Shown piece after piece: positions 63,103-64,000 of a stretch of DNA of 64,000 bases. Made by a program: the position numbers and the translations under genes. Origin of the DNA: Toensbergia leucococca (lineage: Eukaryota); the NCBI GenBank assembly GCA_022813965.1, contig JALDZS010000075.1:1-64000 (forward strand), written 5' to 3'. The first letter of the stretch is position 1. Each line of letters begins with the position of its first letter. The notes beneath the pieces are model-generated. The model saw nothing but the letters and a program-made list of their open reading frames with translations. It had not been told where the DNA came from and ran no database searches.

Positions 63103-63826
63103 ATGAAAGTCCGTCCCCTCTCTCCCGTGAGCACTACTCAGCTCCAAGAATAACACAAGAAATGGCAGATACTCCCTGGCCCCCAGCCTCCTTTTTCAAA
63201 TCCTGAACTCCTCTCCCACCTCCTCTCTCGTCCCAAACACGCCACTCCGAAATCCTCAAATCTAGAGACAGTTCTCAAAGAAGTACGTGTAAGGGCCCGG
63301 CACCCTTTCTCTCTCTGGCGCACAGCATGTAGAGCTAGAGCAGAGCCAAAGGAGAATTTCATTGAAGCCAACGCTCATAGTGGACTAGGCAACAGACTAC
63401 CTAACTTCCTCCCCTCTTCCCACCCTTCGCATTGTTGCCTCCCCTTCTTCTCGACCAGCCTCCCCTTCCTCGTTACCCGCCTCTTCCTCGGCGCCCTCTC
63501 CCCCACGCCCTTCTTCAACCTCTCCACCTCCCTCTCCCCCGCCTACGATCTCTGAACCATCTCTCAAACCCACAATCTCTCATCTCCTCCAGAGTCTAAA
63601 ACCCTATGCACTCACCAAATCCGAAATCCTCATGATGCTGAATTTGAGGCCGAGAGATCTCGGCTTGTTAGATTGTATTGTTGAGGAGTGTGACTTACGG
63701 TTCAGCGAGGTGGAGATGGAGGGGATGTTGCGGGCTGTGGGCGAGATTTGTGTCGAAGATGAGGATGGAGGGGTTGGAAGTGGGGGTGGGGGTGGGTTAG
63801 ACGATTCAGTATCTGGGGCTGGATGA
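63103..63826 (+). CDS. RPC17: RNA polymerase III subunit Rpc17 (Rpb4 family; 2 introns)
   Basis: MK|IL..SNPELLSHL..NLETVLKE|ATDYL..LKPYALTKSEILMMLNLRPRDLGLLDCIVEECDLRF; frame checked open from 63389 to the stop. Confidence 0.85.
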
Positions 63827-64000
63827 AGGTAATCGGGTAAATGCATGCACGTGGGTGATTTAGTTACCATTGAGGATTGCGCATACGGACCGACTCCTTG
63901 GGAAAGGCAGCTGATATTTCTCTTCTGCGGAAAAAAAAATTGGTCTGGAAAGATTCTTGGGCATTCTACTCGCTCGACTTGAGCAAAAGGGGAAATGGCA

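Overview
The window contains two eukaryotic genomes joined near 20.7 kb, as expected from a lichen-type metagenome assembly. Positions 1 to ~20,740 look green-algal (Trebouxiophyceae-like): many introns, TGCAG acceptors, CpG-poor gene bodies and plant-type proteins. They encode eIF2B delta, an ARID4-like protein, a phosducin-like protein and a coiled-coil gene cut off at the junction. Positions ~20,760 to 64,000 are filamentous-ascomycete DNA. They encode a divergent Zn2Cys6 + MFS pair, PRS5, two small Cys-containing proteins, a second Zn-cluster factor, a TauD-like dioxygenase, an ankyrin pseudogene hit by two DNA transposons with perfect 8-bp TSDs, VMA6, a KP4-like toxin, NOP58 and RPC17. 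The main unexplained structure is in the 4.5-kb intron of the algal eIF2B delta gene (630-5126). It holds at least seven long imperfect hairpins with apparently unrelated sequences, and another intron of the same gene holds an eighth with a perfect 21-bp duplex. This is a candidate intronic polycistronic miRNA/hpRNA cluster. All family calls come from motif recognition by eye; no database search was run.
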